From Minisyncoccota bacterium (GTDB lineage Bacteria > Patescibacteriota > Minisyncoccia > UBA6257 > XYB1-36-10), in assembly GCA_041651415.1 (NCBI GenBank), contig JBAZJH010000001.1:11374-75373 (forward strand): a stretch of 64,000 bases of DNA, written 5' to 3'. The notes beneath the pieces are model-generated. The model was not told the origin of the DNA and searched no databases. It was given only the letters and a program-made list of their open reading frames with translations. The position numbers and the translations under genes are program-made. Within the stretch, counting starts at the first letter, position 1; each line of letters begins with the position of its first letter. Positions 1 to 9,918 of the stretch are shown here, piece after piece.

Positions 1-136
1 GAGTAGCAGAAAAAAAACAAGAGTATTTCTAGATATAAGGTGGAGAATAAGCCCTTACGGCGAGATTCCGGAAAGGGTTTATATAAAAAAAGAAAAGGAG
101 ATAAATATCCCCCTGTTTAAGTTTTTACGAAAACTA

Positions 137-1456
137 TTGCCGGTATTTTTGATTTTGGTTTTTATGTTCAGTTCGGTTTACGCGCCAACCAGCCAGACAA
201 TTTTCGCGGCGGAAAATGAAGAAGAGAGGGCTAAACTGGAGGCGGAGCTTCAGGAGCTTGAAAAACAGATAGCGGAATACGAAGCGACAGTGGAAGGATA
301 CCGGAGACAAGGAACGACTTTGAAGGATGAGATAAAAAGAATAGAAGCAAATATTGCCAAGCTGAATTTACAGGTGAAACAGACAACTTTGTCTTTAGAC
401 AGATTAAATTCCGATATTAAAAAAACGGCCAATAAAATAACGGAAACGGAAAGTTCCATAGATTTAAATAAAAAGAATTTGGCGGAGATATTGCAGAATA
501 TTCACGAAGCGGAAGGGACGGGACTGGTGGAGATTTTGCTTCGCAACCAGGATATGTCCAACTTTTTTGACGACGTGAACAGCGTGATGCTGGTGCAGGA
601 AGGATTAAAAAATTCTCTGCAAAAAATAGTCGGTTTACGGAATGACTTGATAGACCAGAAAGAAACATTGGCGCTTGAGAAAAACGACGTGGAGGCGCTG
701 AGAAAATATCAAGATTCGCAAAGACAGGCGGTGGTAGCCACAAAAGCGGAAAAAAACGAACTTTTGACGGTGACTAAAGGAAAAGAGTCGGAATATCAGG
801 AGCTTTTGAAAAAAACCAAACAAACGGCGGCGGAAATCAGAAGCAGAATCTTCCATTTGCTGGGCGGAGGAGAATTAACTTTTGAGGAAGCGTATAAACT
901 GGCAAAATTCGCGGAGGATGCAACGGGGATAAAAGCGGCTTTTATTTTGTCGGTTTTAGACCAAGAATCGGCGCTCGGAAAAAACGTGGGGAATTGCACA
1001 TATCAAACGGCAATGCATCCGACGAGAGATTTGCCCGCATTTTTAGAAATAACAAAAGAACTTGGAATAGACCCGAATTCGGTTAAAGTTTCCTGTCCGA
1101 TAGTTTCCGACGGAGCTTACGGAGGAGCGATGGGTCCGGCGCAGTTTATTCCTTCCACTTGGAATTTATATAAAGAGGGAATCGCAAAAATAACGGGAAA
1201 TAATCCTCCATCGCCATGGAGAAACGAAGACGCGTTCCTTGCAACAGCTTTGTATTTGAAAGAGGCCTATTATTCTTCTTCATGCAAAAACTACGCAACA
1301 CAAATTCCAAGCCAAGCGGACACTTTGTTGACAAGGTGTGCGGCGGCCAAATATTACGCGGGGGCAAGGTGGTATACCTACCGCTGGGTTTACGGAGAGC
1401 CAGTAGTACAAAGAGCGATTAGGTTCCAAGCGGATATAGATGTGCTTAACAGTTAA
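137..1456 (+). CDS. Secreted coiled-coil protein with a C-terminal lytic-transglycosylase-like (SLT-like) domain
   Basis: N-terminal hydrophobic signal (MPVFLILVFMFSSVYA). A long heptad-like Glu/Lys-rich region (EAELQELEKQIAEYEA...) follows. The C-terminus carries QESALGKN...GGAMGPAQFIPSTW, which resembles the ES...GLMQ..P.T catalytic region of SLT domains. Confidence 0.5.
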   Translation: MPVFLILVFMFSSVYAPTSQTIFAAENEEERAKLEAELQELEKQIAEYEATVEGYRRQGTTLKDEIKRIEANIAKLNLQVKQTTLSLDRLNSDIKKTANKITETESSIDLNKKNLAEILQNIHEAEGTGLVEILLRNQDMSNFFDDVNSVMLVQEGLKNSLQKIVGLRNDLIDQKETLALEKNDVEALRKYQDSQRQAVVATKAEKNELLTVTKGKESEYQELLKKTKQTAAEIRSRIFHLLGGGELTFEEAYKLAKFAEDATGIKAAFILSVLDQESALGKNVGNCTYQTAMHPTRDLPAFLEITKELGIDPNSVKVSCPIVSDGAYGGAMGPAQFIPSTWNLYKEGIAKITGNNPPSPWRNEDAFLATALYLKEAYYSSSCKNYATQIPSQADTLLTRCAAAKYYAGARWYTYRWVYGEPVVQRAIRFQADIDVLNS

Positions 1457-1497
1457 AATCAGTAAATAGTAAATAGAAATTATTAAATAGTAATTAG

Positions 1498-1875
1498 ATG
1501 AGTGGCAATATAAATAATTTTTACGATTTAAAAGTTTGGAAAGATGCTCATAAAATTATTTTAGAAATTTACAAAGAAACAAAAGATTTTCCTGATAGTG
1601 AAAAGTTTGGGTTAATTAGTCAAATGAGACGTTCAGCTTCTTCGATAACAGCAAATATAGCGGAAGGGTTTGGTAGATATCATTTTAAAGACAAAATAAA
1701 GTTTTATCAGCAAGCGAGAGGTTCGGCTGTGGAATTACAAGACCAAATATTTCTGTCTAAGGATTTGAATTTTATAGCAGAAAATAAAGCTAAAGAGTTA
1801 TTTGGTGATGTTTTAGTAGTTTTGAAAGAGATAAACGGGATAATAAAAAAAACAAAAGAAAGAATAAGTTTATAG
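1498..1875 (+). CDS. Four-helix-bundle protein (the '23S rRNA intervening-sequence protein' family)
   Basis: 125 aa, KVWKDAHKIILEIY...SQMRRSASSITANIAEGFGRYHFKDKIKFYQQARGSAVELQDQ. The characteristic motifs of the four-helix-bundle/S23 family are present. It ends with TAG. Confidence 0.7.
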   Translation: MSGNINNFYDLKVWKDAHKIILEIYKETKDFPDSEKFGLISQMRRSASSITANIAEGFGRYHFKDKIKFYQQARGSAVELQDQIFLSKDLNFIAENKAKELFGDVLVVLKEINGIIKKTKERISL

Positions 1876-1907
1876 TTTGTAATCGGTGATAGGAATAAAA
1901 ATAGAAA

Positions 1908-2633
1908 CTATTTTTTGAAAGCATCCACTATTTTATCAAAGCCGTCGCCGCTTAAGATTTTTTCAATGTTGTGAAATTTTTTTCCGATACGGTGGTCGGT
2001 GATGCGATCTTCCGGAAAATTGTAAGTACGGATTTTTTCGGAGCGTTCCATGGAACCGATTTGTTCACGGCGAAGCTCGGAGATATTACCGACTTCCTGG
2101 CGAACTTTTTCCTCATAAAGTTTGGCGCGAAGAATTTCCAGAGCTTTTTCGCGGTTGGCGGATTGAGAGCGTTCGGCGCGGGAAGAAACAACAAGGCCGG
2201 TCGGCTTATGAAGAAGGCGAACAGCCGTTTCCACTTTATTGACGTTCTGCCCGCCCGGACCGCCGGCGCGAGAAAAAGTGACTTCCAAGTCACTTTCTTT
2301 GATATCTAAATCTTTTGCTTCCATAACCGGAAGAACGGCCACGGAGGCGGTGGAGGTGTGAACCCGGCCGGCTTTTTCGGTAGAAGGAACGCGCTGAACG
2401 CGGTGAACTCCGGATTCGTTTTTAAATTCATCATAAACGCCAAGGCCGTTTATTTCGGCGGAGATGGATTTGTATCCGCCGAGAGTGCCGGGGTTGGAAT
2501 CAAGAAAAATAAATTTCCATCCTTTTTTTTCGGAGTAGCGCTGATACATGCGAACGAGATCGCCGGCAAAAAGAGACGCTTCGTCTCCGCCAGCTCCTCC
2601 TCTTATTTCCAAGATTACTTTATTTGGGACCAT
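1908..2633 (-). CDS. prfA: Peptide chain release factor 1, N-terminally truncated form (domains 2-4 only)
   Basis: PST tripeptide anticodon motif ([14 protein letters not shown]). GGQ motif ([23 protein letters not shown]). Only 241 aa. An in-frame TAA lies two codons upstream of the first Met, so no N-terminal domain can be added. Confidence 0.7.
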   Translation of the reverse strand: MVPNKVILEIRGGAGGDEASLFAGDLVRMYQRYSEKKGWKFIFLDSNPGTLGGYKSISAEINGLGVYDEFKNESGVHRVQRVPSTEKAGRVHTSTASVAVLPVMEAKDLDIKESDLEVTFSRAGGPGGQNVNKVETAVRLLHKPTGLVVSSRAERSQSANREKALEILRAKLYEEKVRQEVGNISELRREQIGSMERSEKIRTYNFPEDRITDHRIGKKFHNIEKILSGDGFDKIVDAFKK

Positions 2634-2732
2634 TATCTGTTAAATTACCAATTAAAAGAGATTAATAAAATAGATTTCCGTCTGCCGTCTGACAGTGGCG
2701 GAGGCGGGCAGAGAATGACAAAAAAAACGGGG

Positions 2733-3005
2733 TTATTTTTTGGAAGCGGTTTTTTTGGTTTTCTTTTCCGCTTTTTTAGCGCGCTTATTTTTAACCTCGG
2801 AGGCGGCTTTCAGTTTTCTTGTTCTGAATTTTTCCACGCGGCCGGCGGTGTCAACAATCTTTTCTTTGCCGGTATAAAAAGGGTGGCAGTTGGAGCAAAT
2901 TTCGACGGTTATTTCCGGACGAGAAGCTCCCATAGAAAACTTGGCGCCGCAAGCGCATTTTACTTTAGCGTTTGGAAAGTAGTTAGGATGAATATTTTTT
3001 TTCAT
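2733..3005 (-). CDS. rpmE: 50S ribosomal protein L31
   Basis: [11 protein letters not shown]...CACGAKF...[10 protein letters not shown], the typical L31 zinc-ribbon pattern, with a basic C-terminal tail. Confidence 0.85.
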   Translation of the reverse strand: MKKNIHPNYFPNAKVKCACGAKFSMGASRPEITVEICSNCHPFYTGKEKIVDTAGRVEKFRTRKLKAASEVKNKRAKKAEKKTKKTASKK

Positions 3006-3242
3006 ATTATTTTTTTAATTTTTGAATATAAGTTTAGGTTAATGTTGCTCCGATATAATCGGAGTCCTCAATTTCTTGATCAAATCGTAGATTTGAAAGA
3101 AATTGGGAGATAAATATCTTTTTTCATATGCGGTTCAGTATAAGATAAAAAATGTTTTTTGGCAATAGGAGGAGAGAGGGTAATAATTAATTACTTATTT
3201 AAGTGATTTGTTTCCGGTGTTTTTTTAAGCCTGTTTTATATG

Positions 3243-3358
3243 AAGAATAACAGTTAAAAAAAACAGGGCTAATCACCATTCCGCCAAAGGCGGACAGGCA
3301 TTTTTTTAGCTGCTATTCTTCATAAATAATTTTTTGAGAGGTGAAAAGTTATGATAAA
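3243..3358 (+). repeat. Repeat family A, copy 1: terminator-like hairpin with conserved loop, plus downstream GAGG..GTGATAA box
   Basis: Stem gaagaataacag/ctgctattcttc. Loop aaaacagggctaatcaccattccgccaaaggcggacaggca. 3' box gagaggtgaaaagttatgataaag. Confidence 0.6.
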
Positions 3359-3547
3359 GTAACCCTTCGACTCGTCTCGCTCGCTCAGGAAATAAAATAA
3401 TAAGGCAATCTTTTAAATTATTGAACTTGCTTTAGGGGTAAATTTTCCTTTTTTAAAAAGGATTGCAAACCTCGATTAAGATAAAAAAATTGACGGATTG
3501 GTTTTTGTTTGATAAAAATAGAAAAGAACTTTTAGAGGAGGAAAAAA

Positions 3548-3856
3548 ATGAGAATTTGGGTAACAGAACATGCGATAGAGAGATACGAGAAATGGCATAA
3601 TTTTTCTTTTGGGTTTTTTCCGAAGAACCCTAAAAAGGAAATTTTTGACTTGTTTAATGTAGCAAAACCGGTGAGGACAAAAAAAGTTTTTCCGCCAACG
3701 AGAAAAATTCCGGAAGGAGAAGAATGTAATCCGGTGAAAGTTTATAAAAGCGGAGAGTGGACTTTTTTTGTCACTTGGTCGGAAAAGAAAAAAAGAATGG
3801 TGATAATGACTATCGTTAAAGGGAAGATTTTTGGAAGAAAAAAAAGAAAGAGGTGA
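3548..3856 (+). CDS. Small basic hypothetical protein (possibly DUF4258-like)
   Basis: Strong SD gaggagg 6 nt upstream. N-terminus MRIWVTEHAIERYEKW resembles the conserved start of DUF4258 proteins. Ends TGA. Weak call. Confidence 0.3.
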   Translation: MRIWVTEHAIERYEKWHNFSFGFFPKNPKKEIFDLFNVAKPVRTKKVFPPTRKIPEGEECNPVKVYKSGEWTFFVTWSEKKKRMVIMTIVKGKIFGRKKRKR

Positions 3857-3963
3857 AAACAGTTTTTAGTATTAGTTATCCGGTTTTAAAATGGAATTTA
3901 TTGCGGGGCAAAAGCTCCGCTTTTTTATATAAAAACTTAAATGTTTTATTAAACCCAGCGGGG

Positions 3964-3993
3964 TTGACATAGGCAGGAGCTTTCTTATATAAT
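3964..3993 (+). promoter_or_regulatory. Candidate sigma70-type rRNA promoter (TTGACA-N18-TATAAT)
   Basis: ttgacataggcaggagctttcttatataat lies about 160 nt upstream of the 16S 5' end. Confidence 0.5.
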
Positions 3994-5174
3994 TCCCTTT
4001 ACGAACTTTGATAACTTAATAATACCAAAGAACTCTTAAGAAGACAGAGAGTTCTTTTAATCAAACCATATATTTAAAGAGAGTTTTTTTGTTGTTCCAG
4101 GTAAATTTTATATTAGGAAATAAATTAGGAATTTTGTTCTTAATTTGTTTCTTATTCTGAGGATTTGATCCTGGTCCAGGATGAACGCTGGCGGCGTGGA
4201 TAAGGCATGCAAGTCGAACGATTCTTTTTACTGATTTAATAGCAATATTAAAAAAGTTTTTAGAATAGTGGCGAACGAGTTAGTAACACCTTGGTTACAT
4301 ACCTTGAAGACAGGAATAATTCCGAGAAATCGGAACTAATACCTGATAATCTCCTTTCGCAAGATTGGAGTAAAGGAGCAATCCGCTTCAAGATTGGCCT
4401 AGGCCCGATCAGCTTGTTGGTGAGGTAAAAGCTCACCAAGGCTATGACCGGTAGGGGGGGTGAGAGCCCGAACCCCAACGACGGCACTGAGACACGGGCC
4501 GTACTCCTACGGGAGGCAGCAGTCGAGAATATTCCACAATGGGCGAAAGCCTGATGGAGCGACGCCGCGTGCAGGAAGAAGGCCTTCGGGTTGTAAACTG
4601 CGGTAGCTAGGGAGAAACTTCGGTGATAGTACCTAGCGGAAAGAGGTTGGTAACTACGTGCCAGCACCCGCGGTAATACGTAGACCTCGAGCGTTATCCG
4701 GATTTATTGGGCGTAAAGTGTGGGTAGGGGGCTTGGTAAGTCAGAAGTAAAATCAGGGGGCTTAACCTTCTGGCCGCTTTTGATACTGCTAGGCTTTGAG
4801 GACGTTAGGGGCTTGCAGAACGCACGGTGTAGGGGTAACATCCGTTGATATCGTGCGGAATACCAAAGGCGAAGGCAGCAAGCTGGGGCGTTCCTGACCC
4901 TGAGCCACGAAAGCGTGGGGAGCAAAAAGGATTAGATACCCTTGTAGTCCACGCCCTAAACGATGCCTGCTAGCTGTTTCGAGTATCGACCCTCGGAGTG
5001 GCGAAGCTAACGCGTTAAGCAGGCCGCCTGGGAAGTACGAGCGCAAGCTTAAAACTCAAAGGAATAGACGGGGACTCGCACAAGCGGTGGAGCATGAGGT
5101 TTAATTCGATGGTAAGCGAGGCACCTCACCAGGGTTTGAAATTCTAATGGAAAGCCGATGGAAACATTGGCCCT

Positions 5175-5276
5175 CCAGCCCCAGTTTCACTAAGAAGGCT
5201 AAAAAATCTTTTAGCTTTTATAGAGTGAAAAAATGCGCTTAATTTTATTTAGCGTAAATAGCGAAACTGGGGCTGG
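5175..5276 (+). repeat. 16S intervening element 1 (V6 helix tip), ~100 nt with a 17-nt terminal inverted repeat
   Basis: ccagccccagtttcact ... agcgaaactggggctgg, inserted between the conserved blocks ggaaacattggccctc and actgttagaacgggtgctgcacgg. Confidence 0.65.
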
Positions 5277-5389
5277 ACTGTTAGAACGGGTGCTGCACGG
5301 TTGTCGTCAGCTCGTGCCTTGAGGTGTTCCCTTAAGTGGGGTAACGAGCGCAACCCCTGTCGTCTGTTATAAGTGTCAGACGAGACTGC

Positions 5390-5496
5390 CCAGCCCCAAT
5401 TTCACTAGAAAATATTAAAATTATTTTATTTTGATATTTTTTGAGAAGTTATCGCCAGAAATTTTCTTTGGCGTTGTTAGCGAAATTGGGGCTGGG
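5390..5496 (+). repeat. 16S intervening element 2 (hairpin corresponding to E. coli ~1160-1175)
   Basis: ccagccccaatttcact ... agcgaaattggggctgg, inserted between gactgcc and ggaggaaggtgggg. Confidence 0.65.
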
Positions 5497-5620
5497 AGGA
5501 AGGTGGGGATGACGTCAAATCAGCGTGGCCCTCTGATACCCTGGGCGACACTCATGCTACAATGGCCGTTATAAAGGGTTGCTAAGCCGCGAGGCGGAGC
5601 TAATCTCAAAAAAGCGGCCT

Positions 5621-5657
<37 letters not shown>

Positions 5658-5760
5658 CCGGAATCGCTAGTAATCGCGCATCAGCCATGGCGCGGTGAAT
5701 ACGTTCTCGAGTCCTGTACTCACTGCCCGTCACGTCAAGGGAGCCGGAAGCACCTGAAGA

Positions 5761-5860
5761 CCAGCCCCAATTTCACTATAAAAATATTAAATTTTCATTT
5801 AATTTTTTTAAAAAGTTAGCGTCGGAAATTTTTCGATGTTGTCAGCGAAATTGGGGCTGG
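5761..5860 (+). repeat. 16S intervening element 3 (helix 44 tip)
   Basis: ccagccccaatttcact ... agcgaaattggggctgg, inserted between cacctgaagac and ttaagggtgagttcggtgac. Confidence 0.65.
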
Positions 5861-6158
5861 TTAAGGGTGAGTTCGGTGACATGGACGAAGTCGTAACAAG
5901 GCACGTGTAGCGGAAGCTGTGCGTGGAACAATTAAATAAAATAAAACTGATTTGGCTTTTGCCAAAAAAGATTTATTTAGGTCTTTGACTGATTTTAAAA
6001 AAATCAGAACAGGTTTTGGCCGCGCTCCGATAAAATCGGAGTTCCGATATAAGTTATGTCGGGAGAGCCTTCAAGTCGCGGCTATGACTTGGAACAACAA
6101 AAAAGCTCTTTTATAGAAAAAAATTGAGTTTCGGTTTTTAAAAAGGTATTATTAAAAC

Positions 6159-6872
6159 ATGGAAGAAAATCAGATCGGACAAAACGAGCAAGGAGGGGGA
6201 ATGCCGGAGGCGTTTGTTTCAAATGAAGAAGCAAAACAGCAAGTTTCCGTTCCGGGTTCAATTCCTCAAGCTGTCAATACAGATTCTATTCCTGTAACGC
6301 CTGCGCCGGCACCGGCGCCTCTTGTTTTAGAGGAAAAAGAAGGGCAGCAAGTTCCAGCTCCGGAGATTCTGGAACCGGCTGTTTTAGAGATTCCGGCGGT
6401 TCTCGAACCGGTTGTTTCAGAAACAACGCCAGTGGTTCAGAGTCCGGCTCAAGCTGTTGAAACGGCAAAAGAAGCGGAAGGGGTTGAGAAAAAAGTTTTG
6501 CTGGTGGAAGACGACGCTTTCCTGAATTCTTTAATGAAAACAAAACTGGAGAGAGCGGGAATTTCCGTTAATTTAGTCACGGACGGAGAAGAAGCGCTCA
6601 AGGTTTTGGAAACTTTCAGGCCCAATTTGATTCTGCTTGATTTAATACTGCCGAAAAAATCAGGGTTTGAAGTTTTAGAATCAATTCAAACCAATCCCAA
6701 ACTGAATAAAATGCCGGTAATAATTCTTTCAAATTTAGGACAGGAATCGGATGTGTCAAAAGGGAGGCAGCTTGGAGCGGTGGAATATTTTGTGAAAGCG
6801 AAGACTTCAATAGATGAATTAGTTTCTAAAGTGGCGGAGTTTTTACAGGGAAAAAACGAGAGTTTAAGTTAA
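6159..6872 (+). CDS. Stand-alone response-regulator receiver (REC) protein with a Pro/Ala/Glu-rich N-terminal extension
   Basis: C-terminal CheY-like domain KKVLLVEDDAFLNSLMKTKLERAGISV...ILLDLILPKKSGFEVL...MPVIILSNLG...VEYFVKA. The N-terminal ~110 aa is low-complexity (PAPAPAPLVLEE...). Confidence 0.65.
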   Translation: MEENQIGQNEQGGGMPEAFVSNEEAKQQVSVPGSIPQAVNTDSIPVTPAPAPAPLVLEEKEGQQVPAPEILEPAVLEIPAVLEPVVSETTPVVQSPAQAVETAKEAEGVEKKVLLVEDDAFLNSLMKTKLERAGISVNLVTDGEEALKVLETFRPNLILLDLILPKKSGFEVLESIQTNPKLNKMPVIILSNLGQESDVSKGRQLGAVEYFVKAKTSIDELVSKVAEFLQGKNESLS

Positions 6873-6890
6873 AATTTTAAGTTTAAAAAC

Positions 6891-7193
6891 ATGGAAGAAA
6901 ATATTTTAAAACAAATAAAGGCGGGAGCTAAAATAAGAGTTTACGACGCAACAGGCCGTTTTGAAGGCATAGTTTTGGCCAGAAAACACGGCAAGGAAGA
7001 CGGGGGAACTTTTACGGTGCGGGCGGAAGTGGCAGGAGTGGGAATGGAAAAAATATATCCGATAAATTCTCCGGCGATAAAAAAGATTGAAATAATGTCC
7101 AGTCCGAAAAAAGTGAGCCGTTCCAAGATTTATTATATCCGCGGATTATCCAAGAAAAAGATTCATCAGAAACTGGGCGTGGCGGTGAAATAG
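6891..7193 (+). CDS. rplS: 50S ribosomal protein L19
   Basis: KIRVYDATGRFEGIVLARKHGKEDGGTFTVR...SPAIKKIEI...SKIYYIRGL matches the conserved L19 core (..KLYYLR..). Confidence 0.75.
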   Translation: MEENILKQIKAGAKIRVYDATGRFEGIVLARKHGKEDGGTFTVRAEVAGVGMEKIYPINSPAIKKIEIMSSPKKVSRSKIYYIRGLSKKKIHQKLGVAVK

Positions 7194-7211
7194 ATTTTGA
7201 CGCAAAAAAAT

Positions 7212-7247
7212 CCCCCCGTCCGCCAGCTGGCGGACGGGGGGATTTTA
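7212..7247 (+). terminator. Rho-independent terminator after rplS
   Basis: cccccgtccgccagctggcggacggggg followed by gatttt. Confidence 0.7.
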
Positions 7248-7662
7248 AGTATTTACTCGTTGAATTGTCGGAGGTTTTTTGGTATTGTTTTTTTAGAACA
7301 TATAAACATAAAAGTCTAGATAAAGCTCTGACGTGAAAAATCGGAGTATAAAGGAGAAGAACAATGGAGGAAAAAGAGAAAGTCCAAAATCAGAATGAGA
7401 GTGAAGAGATAAATAAGGAAATTCGTTATATGAGAATTCGATTTAATGCGGCTCGGCTGGCGAAAAGGATAAGAGAAGGACAGGCGAGAGCTATGAGAGA
7501 AATGGAGAGAAAAGGATATAGATACACAGGATGAAATTTCAAATTTTGCCGGAGAAATCCGGCTTTTTGTTAGTTTGGCGGGCGTTATTAATTTGGGCTA
7601 TAATATAATAGAAAGTTTGCAAAATCTTTAAAATTATTTAGAATAAGTTGTCGGAATAAAAG

Positions 7663-7749
7663 CGCGGGTGGCGAAACTGGCAGACGCACTACCTTGAGGT
7701 GGTAGCGCCCGCAAGGGCTTGGAGGTTCAAATCCTCTCCCGCGCACCAA
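7663..7749 (+). tRNA. tRNA-Leu (anticodon GAG), type II, CCA encoded
   Basis: Acceptor gcgcggg/cccgcgc, anticodon arm ctacc-ttGAGgt-ggtag, long variable arm, T-arm ggaggttcaaatcctct, 3' acca. Confidence 0.85.
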
Positions 7750-7750
7750 T

Positions 7751-7876
7751 GAAACTCTATGGCCTTACGACCGTAGAATCTTAAAGTTTCACCTCGTAGA
7801 AAGTCGGGGTTTATTAAATCTTAGCCGTAGAAACCTTGCGCTAACGCGCAATGTTTTTACGGAGATTTAATAAAAA
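7751..7876 (+). repeat. Repeat family B, copy 1 (structured ~125-nt element directly after tRNA-Leu)
   Basis: tgaaact..hairpin..aagtttca; cctcgtagaaagtcgggg; tttattaaatct .. agatttaataaa long-range complement. Near-identical core at 35130-35255. Confidence 0.6.
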
Positions 7877-7923
7877 ATAATAATTCACAGGGGAATTTTT
7901 TTGTCTGTGATATAATAAATTTA

Positions 7924-8949
7924 ATGAAACATATTTATTTTTTGGCATTTTTAGGCTTATTATCAATGTTTGGCGGGATAGCGGTTCATTATGGAGAAGA
8001 TTTAGGTTTGGCAAAAAAACAAGAAATTTCTTCCGGACTGCAGGCGAGCTTAGTTTCTATTTTTAAGGAAAATTTAGAAATAAAAGAGGAGGCGCCGGCA
8101 AGAATTTTATTTACCGGAGACATAATGCTTTCGCGGCTTGTGGAAAATCGAATTTATGTGTCAGGAGATTTTAAATATCCATTTTTGAAAATAGGCGAGT
8201 TTTTAAGCGGAGCGGATTTAACTGTTGGAAATTTGGAGGGGCCGATTTCTTCCAAGGGAGAAAATCAGGGAAGCAAGTATTCTTTTCGGGCTGACCCGAA
8301 AGTGGTGGAAGGGTTGAAATACGCAGGGTTTGATGTTTTATCTTTAGCCAACAATCATATTTTGGATTGGGGGAGAGAAGCGCTGGCAGATACGGTTTAT
8401 CTCTTGAATTTCAACGGAATAAGCACGACGGGGGCGGGAGAAAATGAAGAAGAAGCAAACCGAATAGTTATAAAAGAAGTAAAAGGGAACAAAATAGCAT
8501 TTTTATCTTTTACCGATTTATATCCGGAATCGTTTGAGGCAAAAGGAAAAAAAGGAGGAATCAGCAATTTTGACATAGAAAAGATAAAAAGCGAGATAAA
8601 AGATTTAAAAGAAACAAAAAAAGCGGATATTGCGGTGGTGTCTTTGCATTTTGGAGAGGAATACGAAACGAAAGTGTCGAAAGCAAAAAGGGAAATGGCA
8701 AGAGCGCTTATAGATAGCGGAGCGGATTTATTTATCGGACATCATCCGCATGTGGCGCAGGAGGTGGAGATTTATAACGGAAAGTTTATCGCTCACAGCT
8801 TGGGAAACTTTGTCTTTGACCAAGATTTTTCAGAAGAAACGATGAGAGGGCTCATTCTTGAAGTAGAAGTAAAAGGCGAAAAAATTATTTCAGTGAAAGA
8901 AGTTCCGATAAAAATAAACGAAGAGTTTCAGCCGGAGATAGTTATTTAG
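7924..8949 (+). CDS. CapA/PgsA-family metallophosphatase-like protein (poly-gamma-glutamate capsule synthesis family)
   Basis: ILFTGDIMLSR...GNLEGP...LANNHILDWG...SLHFGEEY...IGHHPHVAQ. N-terminal TM helix. Confidence 0.6.
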   Translation: MKHIYFLAFLGLLSMFGGIAVHYGEDLGLAKKQEISSGLQASLVSIFKENLEIKEEAPARILFTGDIMLSRLVENRIYVSGDFKYPFLKIGEFLSGADLTVGNLEGPISSKGENQGSKYSFRADPKVVEGLKYAGFDVLSLANNHILDWGREALADTVYLLNFNGISTTGAGENEEEANRIVIKEVKGNKIAFLSFTDLYPESFEAKGKKGGISNFDIEKIKSEIKDLKETKKADIAVVSLHFGEEYETKVSKAKREMARALIDSGADLFIGHHPHVAQEVEIYNGKFIAHSLGNFVFDQDFSEETMRGLILEVEVKGEKIISVKEVPIKINEEFQPEIVI

Positions 8950-9014
8950 TTTAAGAAAAAGCAAAATAGATTTCTCCGACCTTGCGTCGGAGGAATGACG
9001 CAGTAAGAGAAATC

Positions 9015-9041
9015 AAAAATCCGCCCGAGGGCGGATTTTTG
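9015..9041. terminator. Bidirectional hairpin terminator between convergent genes
   Basis: aaaaatccgcccgagggcggatttttg. Confidence 0.6.
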
Positions 9042-9042
9042 A

Positions 9043-9504
9043 TTATAAGACGACAACTTTAGTAAAATGCGCGCCGAAATCTTTAGCGGATTCTTTGTCA
9101 GAAAACCAGATGTCCAAACGGTCGTTAAAACGCTTGTTCATTCTGTCTTCCACAACGAAGACTTGTTCGCCGAAGAGTTCCGGAATTTTTACTTTAGAAC
9201 CGAGGGGAAGCCAGTTAGCCGCGACAACGCCGGGGCGAACATGATTTCCGGAAGCGGTAATAAAGGGAGTATCGTCTGTTTCTTCAGGAGAGCTGGAATA
9301 ACCAGTAACTTTTATGTAGACTTCTTCTTCATAAATTTTTCCGGAGTTCTTTATTTCCACAGGATTGTTGGAAATAAGTTCAGAAAGGTTTCCAGCGGTC
9401 TCATAATCCAATTGATTATTATTAGTTTTTAAAGGTTCGGAATTAGCGATTAATGTCGAATTAGCTGTGATAATGATACTTAGTAAGGCTAGGTAGCGTA
9501 TCAT
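9043..9504 (-). CDS. Secreted 3D-domain protein (MltA/RlpA-like fold)
   Basis: Signal peptide MIRYLALLSIIITANS. VTGYSSSPEETDDTPFITASGNHVRPGVVAAN...DRMNKRFNDRLDIWF matches the 3D-domain Asp-rich motifs. Confidence 0.6.
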   Translation of the reverse strand: MIRYLALLSIIITANSTLIANSEPLKTNNNQLDYETAGNLSELISNNPVEIKNSGKIYEEEVYIKVTGYSSSPEETDDTPFITASGNHVRPGVVAANWLPLGSKVKIPELFGEQVFVVEDRMNKRFNDRLDIWFSDKESAKDFGAHFTKVVVL

Positions 9505-9918
9505 AGGGAAGTTTCAAAACTCTTTATTAATTGACGACAATTAAGATGGTTTGAAACGTCGCCTGCCACTCTGGTTGAGGAGCTGACGGGGATGCTCGAA
9601 TTGGCTTATTTAAAGGACTTTTCCAATAAAAAACACCCTTTCGGGCATATATTCATTCTCACGAGAGAAGTATAGCATAGGCGAATTTATTTGTCAAGAC
9701 ACGAAAAGTGAGCTTGTCAAGTTGATAGATAAAGAAGAAAAGTGGTAAAATCTGCGAGCAGTTTGAAAAATCCCGAGCCAGAGAAATAAAAAAAGGAGAA
9801 AACTGATGAAAAATCAGCAGACCTTACACAGGCAGTCGGTAGTTTTTGGGTTAAAGGTTCTGGAGGCGCTTCCGGATTTGTAAAATGATTTTTAGAAAAA
9901 AAGATGTAAAATAAAGAA

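Noticed and set aside
2358-3113. 251-aa + strand ORF
   Set aside because: It lies antisense across prfA and rpmE, which carry strong conserved motifs. Its low-complexity Phe/Gly-rich translation is typical of a shadow ORF.
4260-5046. Minus-strand ORFs of 135, 73 and 85 aa
   Set aside because: They lie entirely within the 16S rRNA gene and are spurious.
7751-7876. Repeat B as a miniature RNase P RNA
   Set aside because: It contains GAAAGUCGGGG and GUUUCACCU, reminiscent of the RNase P P4 and 3' end. However, it is far too short and lacks the P4 partner strand and the other conserved regions, so the resemblance is treated as chance.
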